Counted from the stretch's first letter, positions 9,666 to 19,897 are shown. The stretch is 64,000 nt of DNA from an uncultured Planctomycetales bacterium (GCA_964603585.1 CAZRVK010000001.1:207856-271855), one strand, 5' to 3'. Notes: a model not told the origin generated them from the letters alone. Translations and numbers: made by a program.

Positions 9666-10702
9666 TCAGCGATCTGTACGGCATTAGTCGCAGCACCCTT
9701 ACGCAGGTTATCCGCCACTACCCAGAGCCAAAGGCCGTTTTTTACAAAAGGATCCCTGCGGATACGCCCAACAAACGTCTCATCTTTACCCTCGACATCC
9801 TTAGGCATAGGATAAAGGCCTGAAACAGGATCGTCAACCACAATTACCCCGGGGGCCTTACTAAGGAGTTTTTTTACATCCCTTGGAGAAAGCGGGTTTT
9901 TAGTCTCGATATAAACGGATTCGGAATGCCCGGTCCTTACCGGAACCCGGACGGTAGTCGCCGAAACCTTGATCTTATTATCATGCATGATCTTATGGGT
10001 TTCCTTTACCAGCTTCCACTCCTCGCTGGTATAATCATCCTCGATAAACCCTCCGATCTGCGGAAATACATTATAAGCCAGCTGCTGCGGCATGGACCGG
10101 TTCTGAAGATCAACCTGCAGATTATTGAACCCTCCAGAGGCGATCAGAGAAACCTCTTCTTTTAACTGATCCACCGCGCCGCGACCTGCACCACTGGAAG
10201 CCTGCAGTGTAGTAACAATAATCCTCCTGATCCCGGCTTTTTTGTAAATCGGGTATAATGCCACCATCATCTGTATGGTAGAACAATTCGGATTAGCGAT
10301 AATTCCTTTATGTTTATTCACGTCTTTGCCGTTTACTTCCGGGACAACCAAGGGGACATCAGGATCCATCCGGAAATCTGCACCGTTGTCTATAACCACC
10401 GCTCCCCGTTTTACCGCCTCCTGGGCATAAGTTACCGCGGCCCCTTTTTCACCTTCCGTGCCGGCAAAAAGAGCAATATCCATACCGGAAAAACCTTCTG
10501 GAGAAATGGGCTCAACAGAATAATTGTCACCATCTACGTTAAGCTGGCGGGATGAACGGGCAAATACTTTTAATGTATCGAACGGGAAATTACGCTGTTT
10601 CAAAACACGCAACATCTCTATCCCCACAACCCCTGCACCTACAACTACGACATTATATTTTGATTTCCTCATCGGCCTCACCATTAAATTATAAGTTTGC
10701 AA
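9647..10702 (-). CDS. asd: aspartate-semialdehyde dehydrogenase
   Basis: 351 aa. NAD-binding VVVVGAGVVG is present. The NPNCSTIQMMVAL block holds the active-site Cys. Confidence 0.9.
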   Translation of the reverse strand: MQTYNLMVRPMRKSKYNVVVVGAGVVGIEMLRVLKQRNFPFDTLKVFARSSRQLNVDGDNYSVEPISPEGFSGMDIALFAGTEGEKGAAVTYAQEAVKRGAVVIDNGADFRMDPDVPLVVPEVNGKDVNKHKGIIANPNCSTIQMMVALYPIYKKAGIRRIIVTTLQASSGAGRGAVDQLKEEVSLIASGGFNNLQVDLQNRSMPQQLAYNVFPQIGGFIEDDYTSEEWKLVKETHKIMHDNKIKVSATTVRVPVRTGHSESVYIETKNPLSPRDVKKLLSKAPGVIVVDDPVSGLYPMPKDVEGKDETFVGRIRRDPFVKNGLWLWVVADNLRKGAATNAVQIAECVISR

Positions 10703-11747
10703 CTACCATATCACCGATTTCATCAGTAGAATAACCCATTTTCCCTGCCGCCAGGCTCTTTAACTTCTTGGACACAAGACTAACCACAGCCGCTTCGATA
10801 TTCATAGCGGCTTCGGTTTCTCCCAGGCTTTCCAGCATCATCCCTGCGGCACAAATCGCCGCCAGAGGATTAATGGTATTCTGTCCGGTATATTTCGGGG
10901 CGCTTCCGCCGATCGGCTCAAACATGGATACCCCCTGGGGGTTAATATTACCTCCGGCTGCAATCCCCATCCCGCCCTGGATCATCGCCCCTAAGTCGGT
11001 AATAATGTCACCGAACATATTATCAGTCACGATCACATCAAACCATTCCGGATTTTTTACAAACCACATCGTGGTAGCATCCACATGGGCATAATCCGTA
11101 GTTATATCCGGATAATCCCTGGCCACCTCATTGAAAGTCCTCTGCCAAAGGTCCCAGGCATAGGTAAGCACATTGGTTTTTCCGCAAAGGGTAAGTTTTT
11201 TCCTTTTATTCCGCTTACGGGTATATTCAAAGGCGTAACGGATACATCTCTCAACCCCATTCCGGGTATTATAAGACAACTGTATAGCCACCTCTTCTTT
11301 CGTGCCTTTTTTCTGAAATTCACCCATCCCTTTATAAAGCCCTTCGGAATTTTCTCTAACTACCACAAAATCAATATCCTCTGGCTTTTTATCCTTTAAA
11401 GGGCAAAAAGCAGCATTATACAGCTTTACCGGACGTAGATTGATATATTGGTCCAGAGAAAACCTTAATTTTAGAAGTATCCCTGTTTCCAGGATGCCGG
11501 GTTTTACATCCGGATGGCCTATTGCCCCAAGATAAATCGCAGAAAAACCCCGTAACTCCTGAATATCGGCTTCATCCAGGGTCTTGCCGCTGTTTAAATA
11601 ACGCTGCCCCCCAAAATCAAATTCCCTGGTCTCGTATTTAAAATTGAATTTTTTGGCAGCAGCACGCATAACCTTAAGTCCCTCCGCCACCACTTCCGGG
11701 CCAGTCCCATCTCCGGGTATTACTGCGATCTTATACATTTTCCTCAC
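10689..11747 (-). CDS. leuB: 3-isopropylmalate dehydrogenase (isocitrate/isopropylmalate dehydrogenase family)
   Basis: 352 aa. Family motifs present (IAVIPGDGTGPEV, NMFGDIITDL). Neighbours leuC and leuD, so leuB is favoured over icd or tartrate dehydrogenase. Confidence 0.8.
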   Translation of the reverse strand: MRKMYKIAVIPGDGTGPEVVAEGLKVMRAAAKKFNFKYETREFDFGGQRYLNSGKTLDEADIQELRGFSAIYLGAIGHPDVKPGILETGILLKLRFSLDQYINLRPVKLYNAAFCPLKDKKPEDIDFVVVRENSEGLYKGMGEFQKKGTKEEVAIQLSYNTRNGVERCIRYAFEYTRKRNKRKKLTLCGKTNVLTYAWDLWQRTFNEVARDYPDITTDYAHVDATTMWFVKNPEWFDVIVTDNMFGDIITDLGAMIQGGMGIAAGGNINPQGVSMFEPIGGSAPKYTGQNTINPLAAICAAGMMLESLGETEAAMNIEAAVVSLVSKKLKSLAAGKMGYSTDEIGDMVVANL

Positions 11748-11751
11748 CTTT

Positions 11752-12018
11752 TCATGATATTTCCTCGATCCATTTGATCGAGGATTTGTTTAAAATAATA
11801 AAATCTTTTCGTGCAATCACTCCAGTCGCCAGCTTAAATGACTGAATGTCTTCGGTATAAGAGAACTCCACCTTGGTTAAACCGATAAATGATTCCCGTG
11901 TATCATTGACAAAATCCAGCAACCTCTCACCTTCATTCAAGCAAACAAATCCTTTAACGGAAGTCCCATCCAGACAAATGATGCTAACCTTCTGCCTCTG
12001 TTTGCCCCCCTTATGCAC
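11752..12018 (-). CDS. hypothetical small protein (88 aa) inserted between leuD and leuB
   Basis: An ORF with coding-like composition that overlaps the leuD end by 8 bp. I recognise no motif in it. Confidence 0.35.
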   Translation of the reverse strand: MHKGGKQRQKVSIICLDGTSVKGFVCLNEGERLLDFVNDTRESFIGLTKVEFSYTEDIQSFKLATGVIARKDFIILNKSSIKWIEEIS

Positions 12019-12514
12019 GTGCCCTCCCTTTTTTATTCTGCCTGACCCAATTCATTAATCCTGATGCCGCAATAATCTCCCGAAGGAATTCAGGAAAGGC
12101 TGCCGTAGTATATGACTGTTTCTTCGTAAGATTACGGATAATACCGGTTGATAAATCTATCTCCAACAAATCCCCCTCGTCTATCATCTCCACGCCGGGC
12201 AACTCCAAAAACGGCAGGCCGATATTAATGGCGTTCCGAAAAAAGATCCCGGCAAAGCTTTCCGCGATAACCGCCCTTATCCCAGCGCCTTTTATCGCAA
12301 GCGGGGCATGCTCCCGGCTTGAACCACAACCGAAATTCTTGCCGGCGACTATAATATCCCCCTCTTTTACCTTGAGCGGAAATCCGGGAGCGATCGACTC
12401 CATGCAATGGCTCCCCAGTTCATTGGCATCGGTTGTGATCAAATACTTTGCCGCAATGATATCGTCCGTGTTGATATTCTGGCCAAACTTATGGACTTTG
12501 CCTTTAATGATCAT
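12011..12514 (-). CDS. leuD: 3-isopropylmalate dehydratase small subunit (short LeuD-type)
   Basis: 167 aa. Has GQNINTDDIIAAKYL and the LeuD/aconitase swivel-domain pattern. Confidence 0.85.
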   Translation of the reverse strand: MIIKGKVHKFGQNINTDDIIAAKYLITTDANELGSHCMESIAPGFPLKVKEGDIIVAGKNFGCGSSREHAPLAIKGAGIRAVIAESFAGIFFRNAINIGLPFLELPGVEMIDEGDLLEIDLSTGIIRNLTKKQSYTTAAFPEFLREIIAASGLMNWVRQNKKGRARA

Positions 12515-13116
12515 TTCGCCTTTTCCTCTGGCAGGACCTGGGCCGCTTCCGGGGACTTGATTATCTGCACACCGGCGGGCAATTCAAACAATTTGTCGTC
12601 AATAGGAGAATCTTTAATGAAATCCGTAAAATAAACCGCCATCCTTCCTTTGTCAGTATCCCCTTCGGATTTAAACGGGGAATTAGTGCTTTTATCAACC
12701 CAGAGGATAAAAGGAAGATTGTTCTGGGTATACTCATATACATCACAAACCTTGCCGTCAACGGTTTCCTCTCGAAGCGCTTTCAGCCCGGGGAGATTAT
12801 GATAATCCCTGAAGACCGATATCTGGTCATTTATATCTGACATAAGGATACTGACCGCATAATTAGGCTTAGGCATATACATATATGCCTCTACCCCATT
12901 GGAAAGAAAAATGGAGTTTTCCCCGGCCATGATCATCTCGATCCGGATCTTATTGCCTTTAATGAAGCATTTCGTCGCTCCGTCAGGATATCCTTGAGCA
13001 ACCGTCCGGGTCTGAAATTGCAAAGTAGAGGCATCCTGTGCCTGGGATACCGAAGAGAACAAAAAATTCACTGTTACCCAGGCGATGCAAATACCCAGTA
13101 AAACATTTTTTATCAT
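12511..13116 (-). CDS. exported hypothetical protein, possibly a LolA-like fold
   Basis: 201 aa. An N-terminal signal peptide (MIKNVLLGICIAWVTVNFLFSSVSQA) is present. The spacing of G, Y and D residues resembles LolA-like lipoprotein-carrier folds, but this is a weak call. Confidence 0.4.
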   Translation of the reverse strand: MIKNVLLGICIAWVTVNFLFSSVSQAQDASTLQFQTRTVAQGYPDGATKCFIKGNKIRIEMIMAGENSIFLSNGVEAYMYMPKPNYAVSILMSDINDQISVFRDYHNLPGLKALREETVDGKVCDVYEYTQNNLPFILWVDKSTNSPFKSEGDTDKGRMAVYFTDFIKDSPIDDKLFELPAGVQIIKSPEAAQVLPEEKAK

Positions 13117-13138
13117 TTTATTCCTTTTGTTAAACAGA

Positions 13139-14428
13139 TCAAAATAATTCTTCCGGATGCGTTATCCTGCCTGTGATACTGGATGCCGCAGCTACTGCAG
13201 GATTGGAAAGATACACCTCCGATTTAGGATGCCCCATTCTGCCGATAAAATTACGGTTAGTGGTCGCCAGACACCTTTCGAATTCAGTCAAAATACCGAT
13301 ATGTCCACCCAAGCAAGGGCCGCAAGTAGGAGTAGAAAAAATCCCTCCCGCACGGACAAAGATCTCCGCTAACCCTTCTTTAACCGCCTGAAGATATATC
13401 TTCTGTGTCGCCGGGATAACAATTAGGCGTACTCCAGGTTTTACTTTTTTTGACTTCAATATTCTTGCCGCGATCCTTAGGTCGGAAATCCTTCCATTGG
13501 TACATGAACCGATCACCACCTGGTCCAGGATAATCTCCTTTAAGGCACTCACCGGCTTTACATTGCTCGGCAGATGCGGACAAGCAACCAACGGCTCTAA
13601 TTGCGAAATATCCCATTCGTAGGTCTTTTCATACACAGCATCCTTATCACTTCGCAGTTTTCTAAAATCTATCTTCTTTGCGACCCTTTGATTTTGCGAG
13701 CGCGCAATTTCCCGGCAATATCCTTCAGTTATCGCATCCGGCGCAATCAACCCCGCCCGCGCACCTGCTTCAATCGCCATATTTGACATCGAGAATCTAT
13801 CGTCCATGGGAAGCTTATCGATAACCTCCCCTGAAAACTCCATCGCCCGGTATAATGCGCCATCCACCCCGATCTTACCGATAGTATATAAAATCAAGTC
13901 TTTGCCGCCAAACCATTTACTTAATTTACCGGTATAAATGAATTTGATATTTGCCGGAACCTTTAACCAGCATAGGCCGTCAATAAAGGCACGTGCCAGA
14001 TCCGTCGATCCAACCCCGGTCGCATACGCACCCAATGCCCCGTAAGTACAGGTATGCGAATCCGCGCCAATTACCAGGTCCCCCGGGCGGACCAGGCCTT
14101 TTTCCGGCAAGAGCGCATGTTCGATTCCCATACATCCAATCTCAAAATAATTTTTTATTTTCTGTTCTTTTGCAAAATCCTGCAGGATCTTGCACTGATT
14201 AGCGCTGCGCAGATCCTTGGCCGGGGCAAAATGATCCGGCACAAGAACTATCTTCTTATTATCAAAGACTTTAGCTGTCCCGGATTTCCTGAACTCCTCA
14301 ATAGCTAAAGGAGCGGTAATGTCATTGCCTAAGGCAATATCCACTTTGGCCTGGATAAACTCACCGGGCTTTATCTGTTTCCTGCCCGAATGATTCATTA
14401 GGATCTTCTCTGCTATTGTATAGCCCAT
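13139..14428 (-). CDS. leuC: 3-isopropylmalate dehydratase large subunit (aconitase family, short form)
   Basis: 429 aa. N-terminus MGYTIAEKILMNHSG. Fe-S cluster Cys motifs are present (SCTNGR, GPCLGG). Confidence 0.85.
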   Translation of the reverse strand: MGYTIAEKILMNHSGRKQIKPGEFIQAKVDIALGNDITAPLAIEEFRKSGTAKVFDNKKIVLVPDHFAPAKDLRSANQCKILQDFAKEQKIKNYFEIGCMGIEHALLPEKGLVRPGDLVIGADSHTCTYGALGAYATGVGSTDLARAFIDGLCWLKVPANIKFIYTGKLSKWFGGKDLILYTIGKIGVDGALYRAMEFSGEVIDKLPMDDRFSMSNMAIEAGARAGLIAPDAITEGYCREIARSQNQRVAKKIDFRKLRSDKDAVYEKTYEWDISQLEPLVACPHLPSNVKPVSALKEIILDQVVIGSCTNGRISDLRIAARILKSKKVKPGVRLIVIPATQKIYLQAVKEGLAEIFVRAGGIFSTPTCGPCLGGHIGILTEFERCLATTNRNFIGRMGHPKSEVYLSNPAVAAASSITGRITHPEELF

Positions 14429-14531
14429 TTTAAATACCAGATATCAAGTTAGAAGGCCGCACGTAAATTACTTTTGGCTTTGGAGCCTTAAAAATTACAG
14501 CTTGCAGCCATTGCTTTTTGCTTGATTTAGA

Positions 14532-15785
14532 TTATTGTTTAAACTTTTTGACTACCAGTGTAGCGTTGTGCCCTCCAAAACCAAGAGAGTTAGACATGCA
14601 AACATTTACTTCGGTTTTGCGGGCAGTATTTGGGACATAATCAAGATCACAATCTGGATCGGGATATTTATAATTTATCGTAGGCGGAACAACCCCGTCT
14701 TTAATAGCCAGGCAGCAAACAACAAACTCTACGCCACCGGCCGCACCAAGAAGATGCCCGGTCATCGATTTTGTGGAAGAAACCATTACCTTCTTGGCAT
14801 AATCCCCTAAGGCGCGCTTTATCGCCATTGTTTCCAATTTATCGTTCATTTTAGTCGATGTGCCGTGGGCATTTATATAATCGACATCATCCGGATTAAG
14901 ATTAGATTCCTTTAAGGCCAATAACATTGCCCGGGAAGCGCCATCCCCTTCGGGATCCGGAGCAGTAATATGATATGCATCACAAGTCATGCCATATCCG
15001 GTCATTTCAGCGTAAATATCAGCCTTGCGTTTTTGGGCATGATCGAGAGTTTCCAATACCACCAATCCGGCGCCTTCTGCCATTACAAAACCATCCCTTT
15101 CTCTATCGAATGGCCTTGATGAGGCTTGAGGATCATCATTCCGGCAGGAAAGTGCTTTTAAAGCACAAAAACCGCCCACGCCTGTGGGAACAATACAGCT
15201 TTCCGTGCCTCCGGCCAGCATTATATCGGCATCCCCGCGCTGTAAGATCCTGAACGCTTCTCCTATAGAATGGGACCCGGAAGCACAAGCAGTAGCTACA
15301 GATAAGTTCGGCCCTTTAAGGCCAAAGCTTATCCCTACCTGTCCTGCCGCTTCATTAACGATCAGCATCGGGATAAGAAAAGGGGAAAGCCGTGATGGGC
15401 CCCTTTCCAGATAAATACTATGCTCTTTTTCTATAGTATATAAACTGCCTATCCCCGAACCGATCACTACCCCGATCCGGTTGCAGTCTTCATCCGTAAG
15501 ACAAAGCCCGGCATCAGTTATGGCAAGCCGGGCGCTGGCAACCGCATATTGTACGAACTTATCCATGCGTTTGGTATCCTTAAAGGTCATACCATACCGC
15601 GCAGGATCAAAACCCTTAACCTCACCGGCGACCTGCGAATCAAAGGCCGCAGGGTCAAAAGAGGTAAGCTTAGATATACCGCTAATCCCGGATTTTAAAG
15701 ACTGCCAGAAACTTGGCACATCATTACCTACAGGGGAAACGACCCCTAATCCTGTAACCACTACTCTATTTTCTTTCATTGGCAA
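14532..15785 (-). CDS. fabF: 3-oxoacyl-ACP synthase II
   Basis: 417 aa. Carries the active-site block ATACASGSHSIGEA, the His motifs HGTSTKMND and GHLLGAAG, and the C-terminal NSLGFGGHN. Confidence 0.9.
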   Translation of the reverse strand: MPMKENRVVVTGLGVVSPVGNDVPSFWQSLKSGISGISKLTSFDPAAFDSQVAGEVKGFDPARYGMTFKDTKRMDKFVQYAVASARLAITDAGLCLTDEDCNRIGVVIGSGIGSLYTIEKEHSIYLERGPSRLSPFLIPMLIVNEAAGQVGISFGLKGPNLSVATACASGSHSIGEAFRILQRGDADIMLAGGTESCIVPTGVGGFCALKALSCRNDDPQASSRPFDRERDGFVMAEGAGLVVLETLDHAQKRKADIYAEMTGYGMTCDAYHITAPDPEGDGASRAMLLALKESNLNPDDVDYINAHGTSTKMNDKLETMAIKRALGDYAKKVMVSSTKSMTGHLLGAAGGVEFVVCCLAIKDGVVPPTINYKYPDPDCDLDYVPNTARKTEVNVCMSNSLGFGGHNATLVVKKFKQ

Positions 15786-15868
15786 ATTAATTAAGCACGG
15801 GTAAAATTTACCCCGCCAGCTTCAAAAAGGCGGGGTAAATGTAGGATTTAAATAAATTAACCACGAAT

Positions 15869-16108
15869 TTATTTGTTTCCTGCTTTTTCTTCAATATACT
15901 TTATGGCATCACCGACGGTAGTGATTTTTTCCGCATCCTCATCAGGTATTTCAATGCCAAACTCTTCCTCTAAAGCCATTACTAACTCCACGGTATCCAA
16001 AGAGTCCGCGCCAAGGTCATCAACAAATGAAGCCTCAGGAGTAACCTCTTCTGCTTTTACACCGAGCTGCTCTGCAATTATAGATTTAACTTTTTCCTGA
16101 ACTGCCAT
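15869..16108 (-). CDS. acpP: acyl carrier protein
   Basis: The phosphopantetheine-attachment motif [11 protein letters not shown] is present. I prefer a start at ATG 16106-16108 (MAVQEKV) with an AAGGAGGAG RBS upstream, rather than the longer track ORF. Confidence 0.9.
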   Translation of the reverse strand: MAVQEKVKSIIAEQLGVKAEEVTPEASFVDDLGADSLDTVELVMALEEEFGIEIPDEDAEKITTVGDAIKYIEEKAGNK

Positions 16109-16135
16109 TCTTACTCCTCCTTTGTCGAGTTTCAA

Positions 16136-16879
16136 CTATGCCATCACCATGCCACCATCAACTACTATTGTCTGGCCTGTAATATAGCTGGCTTCCTCCG
16201 AAGCCAGGAACAAGCAGGCGTTTGCCACATCCTTAGGTAAACCAAGCTTATTCATCGGGATCAGCGCAAGCATCTTCTGCTTGACTTCTTCAGGCAGTTT
16301 TGCTGTCATATCCGTCTGAATAAATCCAGGGGCTACCGCATTAACATTGATATTGCGGCTGGCAAATTCCTTGGCTGTTGTCTTGGTTAGAGCAATTATC
16401 CCGGCCTTTGATGCAGAATAATTAGCCTGCCCGGCGTTCCCGATTATCCCAATGATCGAAGCTATGTTAACGATCTTGCCATAACGTTGTTTTATCATCG
16501 GCTTAGAGATCGCCTTGGTGCAGTTAAAAGTCCCTTTTAGATTAACATTGATAACCGCATCCCAATCCGCATCACTCATTCTCAACATCAAATTATCCTT
16601 AGTGATGCCGGCATTGTTAACTAATATATCAACCTTTGTAAATTTGTCAAGAATTTTATTTACTCCCTGCTCCACAGAGGAATAATCCGTAACATTCAAT
16701 TCCAGCGCAAGCGATTTTCTGCCCATAGATTCAATCTGACGGCTGGTAACAGTTGACTTTTCCAGATTAATATCGCTTATTACCACGTCTGCGCCTTCAG
16801 CGGCAAAACCCAAGGCAATCTCCCTTCCGATCCCCTGGGCACTTCCCGTAACCAGAACCACCTTATCCTGAAATCTCAT
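16136..16879 (-). CDS. fabG: 3-oxoacyl-ACP reductase
   Basis: 247 aa SDR. Has VVLVTGSAQGIGREIA, NNAG, and the YSASKAG catalytic Tyr/Lys. Confidence 0.9.
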   Translation of the reverse strand: MRFQDKVVLVTGSAQGIGREIALGFAAEGADVVISDINLEKSTVTSRQIESMGRKSLALELNVTDYSSVEQGVNKILDKFTKVDILVNNAGITKDNLMLRMSDADWDAVINVNLKGTFNCTKAISKPMIKQRYGKIVNIASIIGIIGNAGQANYSASKAGIIALTKTTAKEFASRNINVNAVAPGFIQTDMTAKLPEEVKQKMLALIPMNKLGLPKDVANACLFLASEEASYITGQTIVVDGGMVMA

Positions 16880-16901
16880 CTTTTACCTCGCATAAAATTG
16901 A

Positions 16902-17816
16902 TTAACCTCCCAACGGCAACTTTAGGATATCGTCTTTTTTCTCAACCGTCATAACCTGCACCTTCGGCTCAATACGCCTCATCAACCCTTTTAATACCCT
17001 GCCCGGTCCGAATTCAAAACATTCAGTAACCCCATGGGAAATAAGGCAGCGCATTGATTCCTCCCAGCGCACCGGAGAATACATCTGCGAAACCAGGTTA
17101 TTCTTGATCTCTTCAACACTGCATTCAGAAACAGCCAGGAAATTGCTGACCACCGGGATTGCCGGGTCAACAAAAGAAGTCTCATCCAATGCCTTCTTTA
17201 ATTGAATTGCTGCTTCCTGCATCAAAGAAGAATGGAAACCTCCGCTGACCTCCAAGGGGATCACCCGTTTAGCCCCCGCCTGAATACATAAAGTCATCGC
17301 TTGTTCAACCGCGCCGGAATTACCGGAAATAACCACCTGACCCGGGGCATTAAGATTAGCGATCTCGGCTTTTGTCCTGGCGCAGATATCTTTTAAGTCT
17401 TCAATCTCCAGGTCAATAACTGCAGCCATCCTGCCGGGGAATTTCATTGCCGCCGCATCCATGATCTCCCCGCGTTTTCTTACTAATTCCAGGCCATCCT
17501 CAAATTTCAAACTGCCCGCAGCTATCAAGGCGGAATATTCCCCAAGGCTTAATCCAGCCATATATATCGCATTAACTCCGAATCTTGCCTTAAAAGCCTC
17601 AAAAGCGGCTATACTTACGGTCACGATCGCCGGTTGAGAAACACTGGTAAGTTTTAACATCTCAATCGGCCCTTCAAAACAACGCCGTTTAAGGTCAAAA
17701 CCTAATATCTCCTGCGACTTCTCAAAAATAACCCTGCTTTCAGGAAAGGTTTCATACAAATCCTTTCCCATACCTATATATTGGCTGCCTTGCCCCGCAA
17801 AGAGATAAGCTACCAT
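16902..17816 (-). CDS. fabD: malonyl CoA-ACP transacylase
   Basis: Contains AYLFAGQGSQYIGMG and the GLSLGEYSAL active-site Ser. I moved the start to MVAY (ATG 17814-17816) to avoid an overlap with fabH. Confidence 0.9.
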   Translation of the reverse strand: MVAYLFAGQGSQYIGMGKDLYETFPESRVIFEKSQEILGFDLKRRCFEGPIEMLKLTSVSQPAIVTVSIAAFEAFKARFGVNAIYMAGLSLGEYSALIAAGSLKFEDGLELVRKRGEIMDAAAMKFPGRMAAVIDLEIEDLKDICARTKAEIANLNAPGQVVISGNSGAVEQAMTLCIQAGAKRVIPLEVSGGFHSSLMQEAAIQLKKALDETSFVDPAIPVVSNFLAVSECSVEEIKNNLVSQMYSPVRWEESMRCLISHGVTECFEFGPGRVLKGLMRRIEPKVQVMTVEKKDDILKLPLGG

Positions 17817-18793
17817 TCTATAACACAAGCTCCCCAGACCAATCCAGCGCCAAAAGCATCCAATAAAACAATGTCCCCTTTTTTTATCCGGCCGGCCTTA
17901 ACGGCATCACACAAAGCAGTAACAGTTGAAGCTGAAGACATATTACCGTATTTTTCAATATTCAAATATATCTTCTCATTAGGCAATCCCAATTTCTTGG
18001 CCATCGCCATAATGATCCGGATATTAGCCTGATGCGGAATAACCAGGTCTATATCCTTGCAATCCAGATTAGCTTTTTTTAAAGCCACCTGTGCCGCCTC
18101 GGCCATAAGCGTAACTGCCAGTTTAAAGAGCTCATTGCCCTGCATTTTTATATAATGCATCCTGTTGTCTATACTCTCATGGCTTGCCGGGTATCTTGAG
18201 CCTCCTCCGGGGATATTCAACAGATCCTTTTTACTGCCATCGCTGCCCAAATAAGTTGAAAGAACACCCCCTGATTTTACCTCTGACAATACTACTGCCC
18301 CCGCACCATCCCCGAATAAAACACAGGTGTTGCGGTCCTGCCAATCGGTTACTGAAGAAAGTTTTTCTGTCCCAATGACCAAGGCATGCTTATATGCACC
18401 GCTAGAGATAAATTGATGCGCCACAGTCAAGGCATAAACAAAACCGGCACAGGCAGCAGAAACATCAAAGCAAGCCGCTTCTTTAGCGGAAATTGCCTGT
18501 TGCACCAGGCAAGCGACTGAAGGAAAAGGCATATCCGGAGTAATCGTGGCGACAATGATCAAATCGATATCCTGCGGCTTCAATTTCGCATCATCGATGG
18601 CTGCAATTGCCGCCCTCACCGCCAAATCAGAGCTTGCCTCATCATTAGAGGCAAGGCGCCGCTCTTTTATCCCTGTGCGTGAGGTGATCCACTCATCAGA
18701 GGTATCTACGATCTTCTCCAGATCAGGGTTGGTAAGGACACGTTTAGGCAGGTATGAACCTACACCGATTATCCCGGTTTTTTTCATTATCAA
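17810..18793 (-). CDS. fabH: 3-oxoacyl-ACP synthase III
   Basis: 327 aa. N-terminus GIIGVGSYLPKRVLTN. Active-site Cys in VSAACAGFVYAL. Has the C-terminal GFGAGLVWG. Confidence 0.9.
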   Translation of the reverse strand: MIMKKTGIIGVGSYLPKRVLTNPDLEKIVDTSDEWITSRTGIKERRLASNDEASSDLAVRAAIAAIDDAKLKPQDIDLIIVATITPDMPFPSVACLVQQAISAKEAACFDVSAACAGFVYALTVAHQFISSGAYKHALVIGTEKLSSVTDWQDRNTCVLFGDGAGAVVLSEVKSGGVLSTYLGSDGSKKDLLNIPGGGSRYPASHESIDNRMHYIKMQGNELFKLAVTLMAEAAQVALKKANLDCKDIDLVIPHQANIRIIMAMAKKLGLPNEKIYLNIEKYGNMSSASTVTALCDAVKAGRIKKGDIVLLDAFGAGLVWGACVIEW

Positions 18794-18823
18794 GAAACAC
18801 TCCGTTTGCCTGGACCTGGTTGT

Positions 18824-19825
18824 TTATGCGCCTTTCCCTAAATTAATTTCCTTCATGATCTTTTCATTCACCTGGCGTTCTACTTCTTCACCGGCTACAC
18901 GAATGGCATTTTTGATCGCTTTCACATTAGAACGCCCATGGCCAATGATCACTACTCCATTCACGCCTAAAAGAGGTGCACCGCCATACTCGGAGTAATC
19001 CATCTCTTTTTTGAACGTAGAAAGCGTATTTTTCAGAAGCATCAATCCCAGTTTTTCAATAAAATTGCTTTTTAATAAATGCCTTTTCAAAAAAGTCTGG
19101 ATCGCCTCGGCGGTACTTTCAATGACCTTTAAAGCCACATTGCCAACAAACCCATCACAAAGCACAATATCGCATTTACCGGAGAAAAGATCCTTACCCT
19201 CGACATTGCCAATAAAATTAAGGCTGCTTTTTGCGAGCAATTCATAGGTGTCTTTAATAAACTCCGTACCTTTACTTTCCTCTTCCCCCACATTCAAAAG
19301 GCCGATCACCGGATCGGGCTTATTAAGGATATTCTGGCAGTAGGCCACCCCCATGATCGCATACTGCAATAAATGGGTAGGTTTTGGGTCAATATTGGCG
19401 CCGGCATCGACAATTAAAGCATTTCCTTTAAGAGTAGGAGTCACTATCGCAATCCCGGGGCGCTCAACCCCGGGCAGTAGACCCAGCCCTAAAGTTGCCC
19501 CGCAAACTACCGCTCCAGTATTACCAGCGCTAAAGAAAGCATCCCCTTTGCCTTCCTTGACCAGATTCAACCCCACAACAATGGAAGAATTTCTTTTCCT
19601 GCGCACACTGGTAGCAGGCGATTCATGCATTCCGATCACTTCTTGAGAATGCTGTATGGAAACTTTACCTTGAGTATACTTGTGTTTTTTGAACAAAGCC
19701 TCGATTTTAGGCTGATCACCAACTAAAACTATATCATGGTTATATTCCTGCGCTGCAACAATCGCCCCTTCAATCACCACCTCCGGGGCATAATCCCCGC
19801 CCATAGCATCGACAATTATTCTCAT
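18824..19825 (-). CDS. plsX: phosphate acyltransferase
   Basis: Shows the PlsX family pattern (MRIIVDAMGGDYAPEVV... FVGNVEG). I prefer an internal start at ATG 19823-19825 (MRIIVDAMGGD). Confidence 0.9.
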   Translation of the reverse strand: MRIIVDAMGGDYAPEVVIEGAIVAAQEYNHDIVLVGDQPKIEALFKKHKYTQGKVSIQHSQEVIGMHESPATSVRRKRNSSIVVGLNLVKEGKGDAFFSAGNTGAVVCGATLGLGLLPGVERPGIAIVTPTLKGNALIVDAGANIDPKPTHLLQYAIMGVAYCQNILNKPDPVIGLLNVGEEESKGTEFIKDTYELLAKSSLNFIGNVEGKDLFSGKCDIVLCDGFVGNVALKVIESTAEAIQTFLKRHLLKSNFIEKLGLMLLKNTLSTFKKEMDYSEYGGAPLLGVNGVVIIGHGRSNVKAIKNAIRVAGEEVERQVNEKIMKEINLGKGA

Positions 19826-19897
19826 AGAAGTATTTTTTTTACCGAAAACAGGGAAGACCTGCCCGATTTCCGGCACCGATACAGGAGTCAGACTAAC

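Noticed and set aside
14429-14531. Possible T-box or leader-peptide attenuator upstream of leuC, and similarly upstream of ileS (42885-42922)
   Set aside because: Both gaps, 103 bp and 38 bp, are too short for a T-box riboswitch. No specifier or antiterminator-like elements or Leu-rich leader ORF are visible.
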